A stretch of 64,000 nucleotides of DNA from Octopus vulgaris (lineage: Eukaryota): assembly GCA_951406725.2 (NCBI GenBank), contig OX597834.1, forward strand, positions 27,776,001 to 27,840,000, written 5' to 3'. Of this stretch, positions 42,165 through 57,977 are shown in pieces. Below the pieces are notes generated by a model. The model saw only the letters and a program-made list of their open reading frames with translations. It did not search any database and was not told the origin of the DNA. The first letter of the stretch is position 1. Each line of letters starts with the position of its first letter. The position numbers were made by a program, and so were the translations under genes.

Positions 42165-42486
42165 GGGCGCGTGGCTTAGTGATTAGGGCATTCGGCTCAT
42201 GATCGTAAGGTTGTGAGTTCGATTTCCGGCGACGCGTTGTGTCCTTGAGCAAGACACTTTATTTCACGTTGCTCCAGTCCACTCAGCTGGCAAAAATGAG
42301 TTGTACTTGTATTTCAAAGGGTCAGCCTTGTCACTCTCTGTGTCACGCTGATTATCCCCGAGGACTACGTTAAGGGTACACGTGTCTGTGGAATGCTCAG
42401 CCATTTGCACGTTAATTTCACGAGCAAGCTGTTCCGTTGATCGTATCAGCTGGGACCCTCGTCGTCGTAACCGGCGGAGTCTTTTA
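42165..42486 (+). mobile_element. SINE family C (CORE-like centre) + tail T1, full length
   Basis: A/B boxes; gtgtccttgagcaagacact core; TSD agtgagagtggtg at 42149-42161 and 42487-42499. Confidence 0.92.
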
Positions 42487-43416
42487 AGTGAGAGTGGTGG
42501 GGATAATGGAAATATTGGTATTGCTGAGGTTGGGTAGTAATGTAAGTAATGAGAACGATGGCGATGGTGATGGTGGTGGTTGTTTTAGTATGTGGTGGTA
42601 GTCATTGCCTGAATAGTGATGCTGTAGTATTATTTAGCGTTGGTAATGAAAGTGGTAGCAGTGTTGGTAGTAGTTGTAGTGATAGTTGATATGTTAGGGC
42701 TGTTGTAGTTTTGGTGGTAGTGGTGGTTGATATAATTGCGTTTTATCCTCAAGATGGTATATTCCTTTTGGCATATACCATCTGCTACATCTTATTGCAA
42801 TGTCCAGCAACTTGCCTTTTTTAGGACGCTGGGTGATTCGAAAAAGATTTATTAACTAAATCTACCAGGTCAATCGACCACGTAGAGGGCTCACATCATA
42901 CACTTAACAAGGTGCATCCAGAAGTAAAAGCAGAGAGAGAGTAGTAAAAGCAGAGAGTGAAGCATTATTTGGCCCACACATTTTTATGTTAATATCATGT
43001 TTAAAATCTGTCTTGGTATGATGACAGATACATTTAAACAAAGGTATATCAGTCATATGTAATCCATCTGAAATATAGGATAGAGAAATACGACAAAACA
43101 CAGCAATTATAGTTTTAAAAATACACGTTATTGCTTTCGGCATCAATCAATTAGAAGATTCCTGAGGTGTAAAATATTCGGATTTAGTACAAAACATTTC
43201 TGCGTTATGTATAGCTGGAAATTATTTTTAAAATTTGCGTATGATATAAATGTTAGACCGAGAACTTCACAAAATATTGCCACTTTCACGAGTACCTCCT
43301 GAGAGACAGGAAGACTACACCATCACCAGATTAAAAGGATGAATAATAAATAATTATCAGGTTGATTCACGCACTGTTTCCATCCTTCGCTTTAAGAGAC
43401 ACTCCCTAGTTCACTA

Positions 43417-43566
43417 TACTCTTTACTCTTTTACTCTTTTACTTGTTTCAGTCATGTGGCTATGGCCATGTGGGAGCACCGCCTTTAGTCGAGCAAAATC
43501 GACCCCAGGACTTATTCTTTGTAAGCCTAGTACTTATTTTATCGGTTTCCTTTGCCGAACCACTAA
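43417..43566 (-). mobile_element. SINE family A, 3' part
   Basis: (actctttt)n-acttgtttcagtcat...gccgaaccactaa. Confidence 0.85.
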
Positions 43567-43785
43567 CCCAGTAAATGTATGAGGATATCAGGAGAGAATG
43601 CGCACCGTTTCGGGGCCTACCTCACGGCGGTATCAATGCGCACCGGTTCCTCTCAATGATATGAGGCCCCGCTTGCTAGATCAACTGGTTATCTATATAT
43701 ACGCTATGATTTATATACAGGTATTTTAACTGTACACACATGTATTAAATGTACATGTATGCGTGTGCTTGCGTGTTTTACATAC

Positions 43786-43827
<42 letters not shown>

Positions 43828-44331
43828 TCTTTGTTTACATCTATATATATATGAATATACACACCTATATTCTGCGACAATGCCATCGTAGAGGGTGGAG
43901 TTCCTTCTTGCTAACTTATTCTATCGTTATATGTTCTTTAATGGAGTTATATTTTCGTACACCGATTTTGTCCTAACAGCAAGCTCGTATCACACACACA
44001 CACTCCACATACACACACACACACACCAATTTACTTAAACACAAATATACACAATCACATTTACAGAGACGCACGCAGAGACATATATATGTATGATATG
44101 CAAGTATTAATTTGCGGCGCCTTCTGCAGAGGTTCAGCTTATCAGATATCACTCGATAGATATTGGTCGACACAAGGTTTTACAAAATGACGTACGCCTA
44201 GTAGAGAAGAACCAGAAACCGCTTGGTTACGAAATAAACTTATGAAAACCATATACTCATGCTTAAGCCTACTTATCTGTTGATCCACATCCTTTTCTCT
44301 CTCTCTCTCTTCCCTCTCCCTCTCTCTGCAT

Positions 44332-44364
<33 letters not shown>

Positions 44365-44410
44365 ATATATATATGTGTGTGTATTATGTATATATATATA
44401 TGTATATATC

Positions 44411-44455
<45 letters not shown>

Positions 44456-44555
44456 GCATTTATATCCGTTAATATTTAGACATATAAATACATATACAGA
44501 TACACACACACACATATATACATATATGTTTGTATATATACACACACACACACAC

Positions 44556-44586
<31 letters not shown>

Positions 44587-44688
44587 TACATATCAATATA
44601 TACGTATACATATAAACGTATGTATATATGTCTACATGTATATATGTGTATATATATTTATATACATATATATATGTATGTATGTATG

Positions 44689-44821
<133 letters not shown>

Positions 44822-45027
44822 TATCCACACACAGATTTATAATCATCAATAATGATGCACTAGTTAATAATGACGGCATGTATACCGAGATAATGATAAT
44901 TGCTAAATAGCTTTTATTTCATCGTCTACCCGACTTTTTCATGCACATAGTCTTTTGTTGTTTAAATGTCACAGCGAAAAATTCCGACTGATTACATATG
45001 TATATATGTACGGATAGGCGGTTATTA

Positions 45028-45107
<80 letters not shown>

Positions 45108-45182
45108 GTTATTATTGTTATTATTATCATTATTATTATTATTAGTAGTAGTAGTAGGAGGAGCAGCAGCAGCAACCATATC

Positions 45183-45218
<36 letters not shown>

Positions 45219-45305
45219 TCTTTTTTACCTGCATTTATAGATATGGTGATCATGTGATTACATAGTCATACTTACATGCAGATGCATTCATCTTTGAAGC
45301 ATATA

Positions 45306-45363
<58 letters not shown>

Positions 45364-45478
45364 ATGTATGTATGTATGTATATATATACACACACACACT
45401 GGTAGATATGTTAATAGATATATAGATGTATGTTTGTATGTATATATGCATGTATATACATATGTATATGCACATGCA

Positions 45479-45517
<39 letters not shown>

Positions 45518-45559
45518 AAGCATAGGTATGTATATATATCCATGCGTATATATGTACAA

Positions 45560-45604
<45 letters not shown>

Positions 45605-46616
45605 TACATATATACATACATGCATATATACGCCCCAAAGCAAGTATACATGTCCATATATACAAATATCATATATAAATGTATACATATGTGTGTATAT
45701 ATATATACACACACATACATATACATATATATGTATGTACGTATATATGTATGTATATAAATATATATATATATATAAATATACATATATATAATGTGTG
45801 TATATATGTATATTTATATGCCTGTATATGTGTGCATGTATGTATGCATACATGTATACTCATTCCTCAATTATTTAAATGAGCTCCGATTTACCAGCGT
45901 ATCAGACGTATATATGTATGTATATAAATATATATATATATAAATATACATATATATAATGTGTGTAATTTAAATGAGCTCCGATTTACCAGCGTATCAG
46001 CAGTTTTAGTGTGTTAAACCATTTTTCACAATCGTACATGTAACAGCCGATAAGAAATTTTCGTCAGGCATATTTAAACGACACAATGAAAATTAATTTT
46101 TCTTTTTAAATTTAATAATACAAAAAATAACAAATACATGAAAACAGAGAGACTATATAGAAAGAACAAATTCAAAGCTTTTCTATAAAAAAAAATCGGT
46201 TATATTAACGATGGAACGTAAGGTGGCGGACAATAACGGAACTAGGCAGATGGTAGCGGGCGACGCACGGTGATAAATAGCAATGTACTTAGGATACTTT
46301 CATTTATTGAATGATTGCTTTCTTACTTGAGATCGATTAATTATCAAGATAATTGGTGAATGATTGCATCGATTAGCCACGACAAAAGATACCAGGTAAT
46401 AGAATGAATGTGGTATAATTTTTTTTTTTTTTTTTTTTCATATACATATCTACCTTTTCAGATTTTTCAGCTGAAATAACCCAGACGAAAATTGTGAAAT
46501 TATACCAGTTAAGAGAAAGAAAGACTATTATTTTATTCATATATACATACATGCATGCGCATTTATACATGTATAAAAACATACATACATGTGTGCGTGA
46601 ATGAGTGCACAATGAC

Positions 46617-46661
<45 letters not shown>

Positions 46662-46662
46662 T

Positions 46663-46719
<57 letters not shown>

Positions 46720-46755
46720 GCATGTATATGTATGCACGAATGTATCTATCTATCA

Positions 46756-46826
<71 letters not shown>

Positions 46827-47203
46827 GATATACATGCAGGTATCTACTTCTAATGACCACGCATATACACTTAGACATGCATGCATATGTACATGCATTT
46901 TTGTGCATGCTGTGAGAGTTTAGATAACTGTATGTGCGTGAGAGTCTGTGTTCTGGTACTCGTATTTTCTATATAATTTTATTGGTATCCGTTACACACA
47001 TATATACATAATCCACGTAACGCGCGCACTTATTGATAAAGGAACTAGCATGTACATATACAACCTCTCTTGTACATACGTATCATACATGTATGTATGT
47101 ATGTATGTATCTATCTATCTATCTATCTTTCTACGTATGTATGATATATGTATGTATGTATATATCTATATCTTTCTCGTATGTATGTATATATTATATG
47201 TTA

Positions 47204-47270
<67 letters not shown>

Positions 47271-47273
47271 TAT

Positions 47274-47398
<125 letters not shown>

Positions 47399-47576
47399 CA
47401 GAGAGAAAGAGACGCAGATGTTGTGGTGTGGTAAAAAGCTTGCTTGCCAGCCACGTTGTTCTGAGTTCAGTCTCACCGCTTGGCACCTTGAGCAAGTGTC
47501 TTCTACTATAGCCTCAGCCTGACTATGGCCTTATGGATGGATTTCGTAGATGAATACTGAAAGACGCTCAATGTGC

Positions 47577-47669
<93 letters not shown>

Positions 47670-47671
<2 letters not shown>

Positions 47672-47837
47672 CTCTGTCTTCCCTTCTCTGGATCTTTCCT
47701 TCTCATATGTTTCCGACGAAGAGCTCCGCTCGAAACGTTAAACCTTCCTTCTTTCCTTCTTTCCTGGGCGTCCAATAATACTATATTTGTTCCACGTCCT
47801 CGCGTTGTTGTATTTTTATGTGCTTTCTTGTTTGGAT

Positions 47838-47842
<5 letters not shown>
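47670..47842 (+). mobile_element. (TA)n-embedded element with a minimal hammerhead motif (paralogue of 10838-11040)
   Basis: GTTT-CCGACGA-A-GAGC-tcc-GCTC-GAAACGTT-AAAC at 47709-47743. Confidence 0.7.
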
Positions 47843-47896
<54 letters not shown>

Positions 47897-47898
<2 letters not shown>

Positions 47899-48306
47899 TC
47901 TTTTCTCTTTTCTCTTTTACTTGTTTCAGTCATTTGACTGCGGCCATGCTGGAGCACCGCCTTTAATCGAGCAACTCGACCCCGGGACTTATTCTTTTGT
48001 AAGCCCAGTACTTATTCTATCGGTCTCTTTTTTGCAGAACCGCTAAGTGACGGGGACGTAAAGACACCAGCATCAGTTGTCAAGCGATGCTAGAGGGACA
48101 AACACAGACACACAAACACACACATATATATATATATATACATATAGGCTTCTTTCAGTTTCCGTCTACCAAATCCACTCACAAGGCTTTGGTCGGCCCA
48201 AGGCTATAGTAGAAGACACTTGCCCAGTGTGCCACGCAGTGGGACTGAAACCGGAACCATGTGGTTGGTTAGCAAGCTACTTACCACACAGCCACACCTG
48301 TACCTA
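47897..48306 (-). mobile_element. SINE family A, full length
   Basis: Reverse complement of 52809-53228; further fragments at 47420-47575 and 49020-49184. Confidence 0.92.
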
Positions 48307-48373
48307 TAACCGAATTTTTTATACAAAAGCTTTGAACATTTTCTTGTTATTAATTTTTCTTCAGACACCCATT

Positions 48374-48880
48374 ATGCCACGGAAAATGAAATCCACTTAG
48401 GCAAATACTTCACATGCACAAAGGATGAAGGTTCATTGTCAATCTGAAAGCTGTAATGCAAGGGACGAAAGACTTTCTAAGCTAAAGCCAAAGACAAAGA
48501 GAGACTCGCCAATCTGAAAGCTGTGATGCAAAGGAAGAACGACTTTCTAGCTAAAGCCAAAGACAAAGAGAGACTCGCCAATCTGAAAGCTGTGATGCAA
48601 AGGAAGAACGACTTTCTAGACAAAAACAGAATCTCGGCAAAATGAAACCTTTGGTGAGCGTCAAGAAAGAGAGGAGCCAGATATATTTTGCCATATAGTT
48701 GCGAGAAAAAATGAGTCTGAAGAAGGGAGAGAACAGCGTTTGATTGTTGATAGAAACAGGTATCAAAATTTAAGACAAGGCGAAATTCAAAATGCTAAAT
48801 TTTCTACATTACTGTATGAGAAAAATGACCCATGTAACAATGATACAATTGGAGAAATGGCCAAACTTTGTCAGTGTGGC
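48374..48880 (+). pseudogene. Probable Helitron Rep/helicase N-terminal relic with 69-70 bp tandem repeats
   Basis: MPRKMKST start, repeated QSESCDAKEERLS..QRQRETR units (48441-48619), then IGEMAKLCQC, resembling the Helitron IGxMxxxCxxC zinc-finger entry; stops and frameshifts. Confidence 0.55.
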
Positions 48881-48969
48881 GTTAATACATCTACCCTAAC
48901 CCAATCTACATCGATTGTAATGTGATGGAGGGGGGACTAAGACAGTCAAACATATGCACACACACACAT

Positions 48970-49016
<47 letters not shown>

Positions 49017-49410
49017 GGTACGACAGGCTTCTTTCAGTTTCCATCTGCGAAATCCAGTCACAAGGCTTTCGTCGGTCTGAGACTATAGCAGAAGTCACTT
49101 GCCCAAGGTGCCACGCAGTGGGAATGAACCAGGAACCATGTGGGTGGTAAGCAACCTTCTTACCACGCAGCCACACCTGCGCCTATATATATATATATAT
49201 ATATACTCACACACATACACATATACACGGAGTACATACAAGGAGAGAGACGATGAGAGAGCGTGTATTAATATTGTTATTCAATTGATGCCTTCATCTG
49301 TATGATGTAATTAAATTATTGCAATTTGTACAAACAAAATATTTTTTCTAAAAATACACGAAAGAAACACCTTTGCAATCAAACAAACGTAAAGAAGACA
49401 ACCATTCGAG

Positions 49411-49650
49411 CAGTGGTTCTTAACGAGGGTCAATAAGGCCCTTGGGGGCCCATATAAGATTTTGTTGTTAAAATTTATGCGCAAAAAACTCGTTATACTT
49501 CTACAATGCACAAAATATTTAATACAATTCCTAATAATATTTAATCATAAAAACATAATAGTTTTTAGACATCGAATGACTATGAGGGTACATTCCTGAG
49601 TAAAATAGGAATCAAAGGGACCCATAGCAAAATATTGTCGAGGACCACTA
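49411..49650. mobile_element. hAT (Charlie-like) MITE
   Basis: cagtggttcttaac ... gtcgaggaccacta imperfect TIRs; 8-bp flanks cattcgag/cactagag. Confidence 0.7.
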
Positions 49651-50136
49651 CACTAGAGAGAAACCTGGGGCATGTATACACATCAAGGTGCTCATCACTG
49701 TGTAAAATCAATGGATACGAAAGTACGGCTGCAGGAAATAGTAATAATAATATTATTATTCGTTTCTCCTGTCCTGCGGTGGTGCGTCAGAAGAAACCAT
49801 GTCCGCGGTGTTTCCTTTGTCCAAATGCGAATGTTAAGATCGGCCAACCATGAAAAAAAACCGTTGAGTTATACTTGAAAGAGATATATTAACTTCAAGT
49901 CAACTCTTGTTCTGATGGTAACAGGCACAAAATGTCTCCTTTAACGTCTCTGATTCAGCTTCCAATTTTCCACCTTTTTTAAAAACTCTTCACTCTCATC
50001 CTCTCTCTTTCTGTCTCTCTGAATATGTATGTGCGTGAGTGAGTGTGTGTGTGTGTTTGTGTGTGTGCGTGTGTATTTCCATTTATTCATTTATATACAT
50101 GCCTTATGCATATACGTATGTATGCGTGTGTGTATA

Positions 50137-50181
<45 letters not shown>

Positions 50182-50217
50182 ATAACACACACTGAATTTA
50201 TATATGTATATATATGA

Positions 50218-50267
<50 letters not shown>

Positions 50268-50286
50268 GTATATATTTATATGTATG

Positions 50287-50394
<108 letters not shown>

Positions 50395-50492
50395 GATGTA
50401 TCTACCTATCCACATGTTTATCTCTGTGTAGCTACGTATGTATGCATCTATCCTGCTCCCTCTCTCTCTCTCTCTATCTATCTATCTCTCTC

Positions 50493-50555
<63 letters not shown>

Positions 50556-50838
50556 TTTTATATATATATATATATATATATACATCTAGGTAGCTAGCTA
50601 ACTATCTATCTGACTATCAGTCTTTCTGTCAGTCTGTCTGTCTTTCTGTCCACCTATCTCTCTCATTTCTCACAATCTGTCTATCGGCCATCTCAAATTA
50701 TTTTGTCAAGCACTTTTTCTCCTCCTTCTTTAATCGTCCCTGAAGCCATCTTCTATCTCACTTCTTGTCCCTTGTTTCCCTTTCAGTGTTATTGTTTACT
50801 TTACTGGGTCAATAACGCGACCAATTGGCAATAATAAC

Positions 50839-50915
<77 letters not shown>

Positions 50916-50935
50916 AAATAATAATAATAATTATC

Positions 50936-50967
<32 letters not shown>

Positions 50968-51175
50968 CGTCACCTTAGAAGAAAACAAGAGAAGTTGGCA
51001 ACCCATTAAAAGTTCTCGCTTTGTAGTGATCCCTTCTGTTGAATCGGGAGCACCAAGTGGGGGGAGGGAGATTAAGGAGGGTGGAGAGTCGGTAAATAGG
51101 GTAAGGGTGATAGAAAGATCCACACACGCACACTCAAGCCCTCACCCATATATATGTATATATATATACATATAT

Positions 51176-51210
<35 letters not shown>

Positions 51211-51247
51211 TACATAGATAGATAGATAGATAGATAGATAGATCTAC

Positions 51248-51329
<82 letters not shown>

Positions 51330-52808
51330 ATATATAAATACACACACACACACAAGAAAGAGAGGAAGAGTGAGTGAAAAAGAGATGCCGCTCCTCACTC
51401 TAACTTCAACAAGCCTCCCATACCCTTACTCCTACGCGCCTCCTCCTCCTCCTCCTAATCTCTTCCCTGTCCTCCTTCCCCCCCACCCCTACTTGAATAA
51501 CTCAAGTACAATTTTTGGAACGACACCAGAGGATGAGATATTCTTCACTCAAAGAAGAAGAATGTAATATGATGAACTAATGATGACCAGAGGTCACTCG
51601 AGAGGACAGAAATTAACGCGTCAAGGAGATAGTTGTTATATTAAAACAATACCGATAGAGATGGCTTTGTGTTGCCGATGGAGGAATTGCGCCGAGGAAT
51701 TATCTGAAGGGAACAAGAATGAGAGGGAGTGAGGGAAGGAGAGAGAGAGAGAGAGAGGGGGTTACCAAGAGGGACGGAGGGAAGAAGAGAGAGTGGGAGA
51801 GTCAAAGAGACAGTAATGTAATTCGATTCCTCATTACTGATGACTTAGTGTTATTGTTGTAGTAGTTGTTGTGGTGGTCATGGTGGTAGTTGTGGTGGTG
51901 GTGGTGGTTTTGGTGATGGTGGTGGTGGTGGTGGTGGTGGTGGTGGTGGTGGTGGTGGTGGTGGTGGTGGTGGTGGTGGTGGTGGTGGTGGTGGTGGTGG
52001 TGGAGGCGGTGGCTGCAGTGGTGCTGCTCGTGACGTTGTGGATTGTCTTGATGGTGATGATAATGGCTGTAATGATAGTGCTGGTAGTGCTGATGGTGGT
52101 GAGGTTGGTGGTGGTGGTGGTTGTCATCGTCGTAATCGTTATATTGTGTAGGTGGTCGTGGTGCTAGTAGTATTGTTAGTGATGTTAATAGTGGTGGGGG
52201 TCGTCGTCGTCGTCGTGCTGGTGGTGGTGGTGGTGGTGGTGGTGGTGGTGGTGGTGGTGGTAGGGTTATTATTGTTGATTGGGAAAAGGCGGCGAGATGG
52301 CAGAATCAGCATGCCGGACAAAATGTTTAGTGACATTTTGTCCGTATTTACGTCATGAATTCAAATTCAGGTCGATTTGTCTTTCATCCTTTCAGACTCG
52401 ATGAAAAAAATTCCAGTCGTACATTGGGAATAAGTCCTGGGGTCGATTTGCTCGACTAAAAAGGCGGTGCTCCAGCATGGCCGCAGTCAAATGACTGAAA
52501 CAAGTAAGAGGAAAAGAGAGTATGTGTGTGAGTGTGTGTCTGTGTGTGTGTGTGTGTGTGTGCGTAGATATAACATATACATGTACATATACATCTGCAT
52601 GTAAGTGTGTATGTATATATATATATGTACGTACATATGTATGTAAAATGTATATGAAGAGTATATTTCTTTAATATCCCTATAATCGCATGAAAGGGCA
52701 AATCAAGGGCGGTAATCTGTCGATTATCGAGGGCGCTACAACCCTACAACAGATGAAAATCCGCATAGTACAAATATTTTTTATTAGTATTTTTATAATA
52801 TGTGTATA

Positions 52809-53228
52809 GGTGTAGGAGTGGCTGTGTAGTAAGTAGCTTGCTTACCAACCACATAGTTCCGGGTTCAGTCCCACTGCGTGACACCTTGGGCAGCTGTCTT
52901 CTACTATAGCCTCGGGCCGACCAAAGCCTTGTGAGTGGATTTGGTAGACGGAAACTGAAAGAAGCGCGTCGTATATATGTATATATATATATATGTATGT
53001 GTATGTGTATATGTTTGTGTGTCTGTGTTTGTCCCCCCAACATAGCTTGACAACCGATGCTGGTGTGTTTACGTCCCCGTAATCTAGCGGTTCGGCAAAA
53101 AGAGACCGATAGAATAAGTTCAAGGATTATAAAGAATAAGTCCTGGGGTCGATTTGCTCGACTAAAAAGGTGGTGCTGCAGCATGGCCACAGTCAAATGA
53201 CTGAAACAAGTAAAAGAGTAAAGAGAGT
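52809..53228 (+). mobile_element. SINE family A, full length
   Basis: tRNA-like head, ccttgggca core, internal TA/TG microsatellite, (AAGAGT) tail; a 3' fragment also at 52428-52520. Confidence 0.92.
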
Positions 53229-53317
53229 ATTTATTTTATTATAAATGCGAAACAACGCCACAGAGGAATCAACGTAAGCTTAAATAATAAACCGCGATAG
53301 GTGAACCGCGAGCGCAT

Positions 53318-53610
53318 TCGACTCACGATTGTAAGGTCATGAGTTCAATTCCCGGCGGCGCGTTGTGTTCGTCAGCAAAATACTTTATTTTACGTTTCTC
53401 CAGTTCATTCAGCTGAAAAAAACGAGTAGTACCTGTATTCCAAAGGGACAGACTTGTCACATTCTGTGTCACGCTGAATCTCCTTGAGAACTACGTTAAG
53501 GGTACACGTGCCTGTGGAGGGGTCAGCCACTTGCACTTTAATTTCAAGAGCAAGCTGTTCCGTGGATCGTATTAGCTGGGGCCCTCGACATCGTAACCGA
53601 CGGAGTGCTC
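53318..53610 (+). mobile_element. SINE family C + tail T1
   Basis: Colinear with 42165-42486. Confidence 0.88.
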
Positions 53611-53700
53611 CTATATACATATAAGTGTGTGTGTGTATGAATGTATGTGTGTGTGTGTGTATATATATGTATATATATGTATATATATATATATATATAT

Positions 53701-54178
<478 letters not shown>

Positions 54179-54329
54179 TACACACACACACACATACACA
54201 CACACACACACCTGTTGACTACGCACAAAAGTTTACAACATACATAATAACAACTAATAAATAAACACGGCTAAGATCCATAAGAATGTTTCCCTAATTT
54301 TTCCTCCACCGCCCAATCACTTCTAATGC

Positions 54330-54400
<71 letters not shown>

Positions 54401-54601
54401 TGATAATAATAATCACTATGATCCCTAAAAAAATAGGGAGAGGTTTTTTTTTTTTAGCATAGAGAAAATGTGTCCTTTATCGAGTCATAAATTCATTAAA
54501 CGTGTTTCATATTTTAGAAGCAGAGATGAGGGGAGGCACGGTCTATTGTTTGTGTTGCATTTAAAAAAACCGTGGGTAGAAGGGACAAAAAGGAAAAAAC
54601 A

Positions 54602-54668
<67 letters not shown>

Positions 54669-54762
54669 GGTCTTATGTATATGTGTGTGTGTTGTATGTA
54701 TAGGTATGTGTATATGTAAATCACTTAGCGCTATTGTTATACCATAGTTCCCCTTAAAAACC

Positions 54763-54784
54763 TGACCTTTGCTCCTAAAGGTCA
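54763..54784. promoter_or_regulatory. Consensus NurRE-like element (everted NBRE pair) or 8-bp RNA hairpin
   Basis: TGACCTTT-gctcct-AAAGGTCA. Confidence 0.4.
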
Positions 54785-55098
54785 CTTGATTACGTCTTGT
54801 CACAAAACAAGGGAAACGGGGTCAGTCAGCCCTCGCTGGTTTGTTTGTGTATGTATGTTTTTACTTATATATATATATATATATATATATGCATGTGTGT
54901 GTGTGTGTGTGTGTATGCATGTAAAAGTATATATATACACACACACACTGATACATATATACATTTAGGTAGATAGATAAATACAAAGACAGGCAGACAA
55001 TCAGACAAACAGACAGACAGACAGATAGATAAATACACAGACAGGCAGACAGACAGGCAGACAGACAGACAGACAGACAGACAGATAGACAGACAGAC

Positions 55099-55173
<75 letters not shown>

Positions 55174-55627
55174 CGTGTGTATGTTAGTGAACTTGATCTG
55201 GTTGTTTGTTGAGCGTGCGTTTCTTGCATATGTGTAGGACCAGGGTCGGGTGCGGATTCTCCGGGTAATGTGCAGAGTGGGTTGTTTTTTTTTTATTTAT
55301 TTTGCTGTCTTACCCAATGTTGATGTTGCTGTTATTGTTGGTGTTGGGTTGTTTTTTTGGGGGGGGATTGCATTTTGTGAGTGTTGTTTATTTTTGCATA
55401 AATTTTGCTCGTAGAAGTAGTACGCAACACATACGGCACACACTCACACACGCATACATACAAACACATACACACACAAACACTCACGCGCAAACACATG
55501 TGCAAATACACAAGCACACAAATACACAAACATACACATGCACACACCGTATCACACACATACATATACACACATAGAGGCACTCACACACATCACATAT
55601 ACAGCACAGGTACATAGAGCATCACAC

Positions 55628-55661
<34 letters not shown>

Positions 55662-55663
<2 letters not shown>

Positions 55664-55870
55664 TTTTACTTGTTTTGGTCATTTGGCTGCGGCCATGCTG
55701 GAGTACTGCCTTAAAGGGTTTTAGTCGAAGAAATCGACACTAGCACTTAATCTTTGTAAGTCTAGTACTTATTCTATCAATCTCATTTGCCGAACTGTTA
55801 AGTTACGGGGACATAAACACACCAATATCGGTTGTCAATCGATTGTGGGGCGACAAACATAGACACACAC
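55662..55870 (-). mobile_element. SINE family A, 3' part; other fragments at 56175-56263 and 57725-57915
   Basis: Matches the family A tail. Confidence 0.85.
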
Positions 55871-56131
55871 AGCGGGGTGGCGTCATTGAAGGCTAAAACA
55901 ATGCGAAACGCATTGTGACCAGCGATGTGTAGCAACATCTGATAGCCTGGTCGGTCACGGTGATCACAGTGATATATATATCACAGCCATGAAACGATCG
56001 TAGTGTTATACTAATTATCTTTTTTTAATAATTTTGATATATATTTAAATAATATAAATTAATTAATCTTATGTATTGGCTTAAGTTTTTCATTGTATGA
56101 TTTGCCTAATAGTGGTTTTATCTCTAATTTA

Positions 56132-56175
<44 letters not shown>

Positions 56176-56261
56176 GAGCTTCTTTCAGTTTCCGTCAACT
56201 AAATCCACTTACAAGGCTTTGGTGGGCCCAAGGTGATAGTAGAAGATACTTGCCCAAGGTG

Positions 56262-56347
<86 letters not shown>

Positions 56348-56743
56348 TCTCTTCACCTCGTCTCTATTTCTATAAACATTATAAACGAAAAATATCATTT
56401 CCATAAATTAAAATATTCTGCGACTCTTTCTTTCATTCTTTTCAGCTTTCTTTCATTCCTTTCAGCTTTCATTCATTCTCTCGTTCATTTTGTTTTCATC
56501 TCTAGTCTATCAATATTTTTCGCTTTTTTTTTTTATTCCTTGTCCTTCACGTTCTTTCCTTTCCTTTCCTTTTTTCACCACCAACTACTCTCATTCTTTC
56601 ATCTTTTCTCTTTCGTTCATACTTTCTTTCGTTCGATCATAATTTGTCCCAGATTTCCCATTCTTCCTTTTTTTTTTCATTCTACCTTACACAGGCTAAC
56701 ACACGCACACACTTATACACACAAACACACACACACACACACA

Positions 56744-56811
<68 letters not shown>

Positions 56812-56963
56812 GACAGATACAAACACGATGTTGCAATTTTCCTATCTATCAATCTATCAATCCATCCATGAATCTATCAATCTATAAATCTATCTATCCA
56901 ACCGTGTTGGATAGATAGATCTATCCATCTATCCATCTATCTGTCTGTCTATCTATCTATCTG

Positions 56964-57064
<101 letters not shown>

Positions 57065-57933
57065 ATCTCTATCTATCTATCTAGCTAGCTAGCTAGCTTT
57101 CTATCTTCCTCTCTGTTATTGTTTTGAGTCTGTGAGTCTTCTTTTAGTCTTTCAAACCATTATTCTTCGTGCTATATCCAATAAACACAAGGTTCCCAAC
57201 ACTACCACCAATAATCAAAGAAGGTTGGTTCCAGGATGATGACTTTTTCTTCTTCAGACATATCCAAAACGAATTCTACGTCGTTTTTATTCTTTCAAAT
57301 TGAGTTTAGTCACATTTTCAATAAAATCTTCAAAATTGTGGCTCCTGATACACCACTTTAAACCTTACCAACACCCAATAATCAAACTACAGAAAACCCA
57401 ATACGTTCTTAGAATACAGACAAACGTCTTCCTATAACTAAATTATCAACATCAAAGAACCAACCCGGAAGCAGCCATTTATGTAATTACTGCATATACA
57501 CAATTGAGATGCATTTTCGTTACTCCGGTTTCGTCCGAGATAAAAAGAATCTCTTTAAAAAGTGCTATCTCTAAAAACACGTCATTGACCAGGATCAACA
57601 GGGCTAAAATGCATCTAGTGCTCTCGTTAACCATTGCTGAGACAGGCATTATTTGTGCTGTGTTTTTAAATGCAACACGCCCATAAGAGATTTCATCTCG
57701 GATGAAAATAGCATTAACTTCCGCGTGCGGCCGTGATGGGGCACTACCTTGAATTTTTACTCGAAGGAACCGATCCCAGTATTTTTCTAAGCCTGGTACC
57801 TATTCTATCGGACTTTTTGCCGAACCGCTAAGTTACGGGGGCCCAACCAAACACACCAACGCCAGTTGTCAAGTGGTGGGGGCGGGGAGCAAACACAAAC
57901 ACAAAGACACACACACATAGATATTCATACGTG

Positions 57934-57977
<44 letters not shown>

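Noticed and set aside
48441-48619. CRISPR-like periodicity (also 11545-11887 and 40287-40346)
   Set aside because: Contiguous tandem units without unique spacers; eukaryotic context, no cas genes
51565-51710. C/D box snoRNA (ATGATGA ... CTGA)
   Set aside because: No terminal stem and no recognisable rRNA/snRNA antisense element
55979-56000. tatcacagcca resembling the miR-2/13 5' end
   Set aside because: No complementary 5' arm to form a precursor; the 3' half does not match
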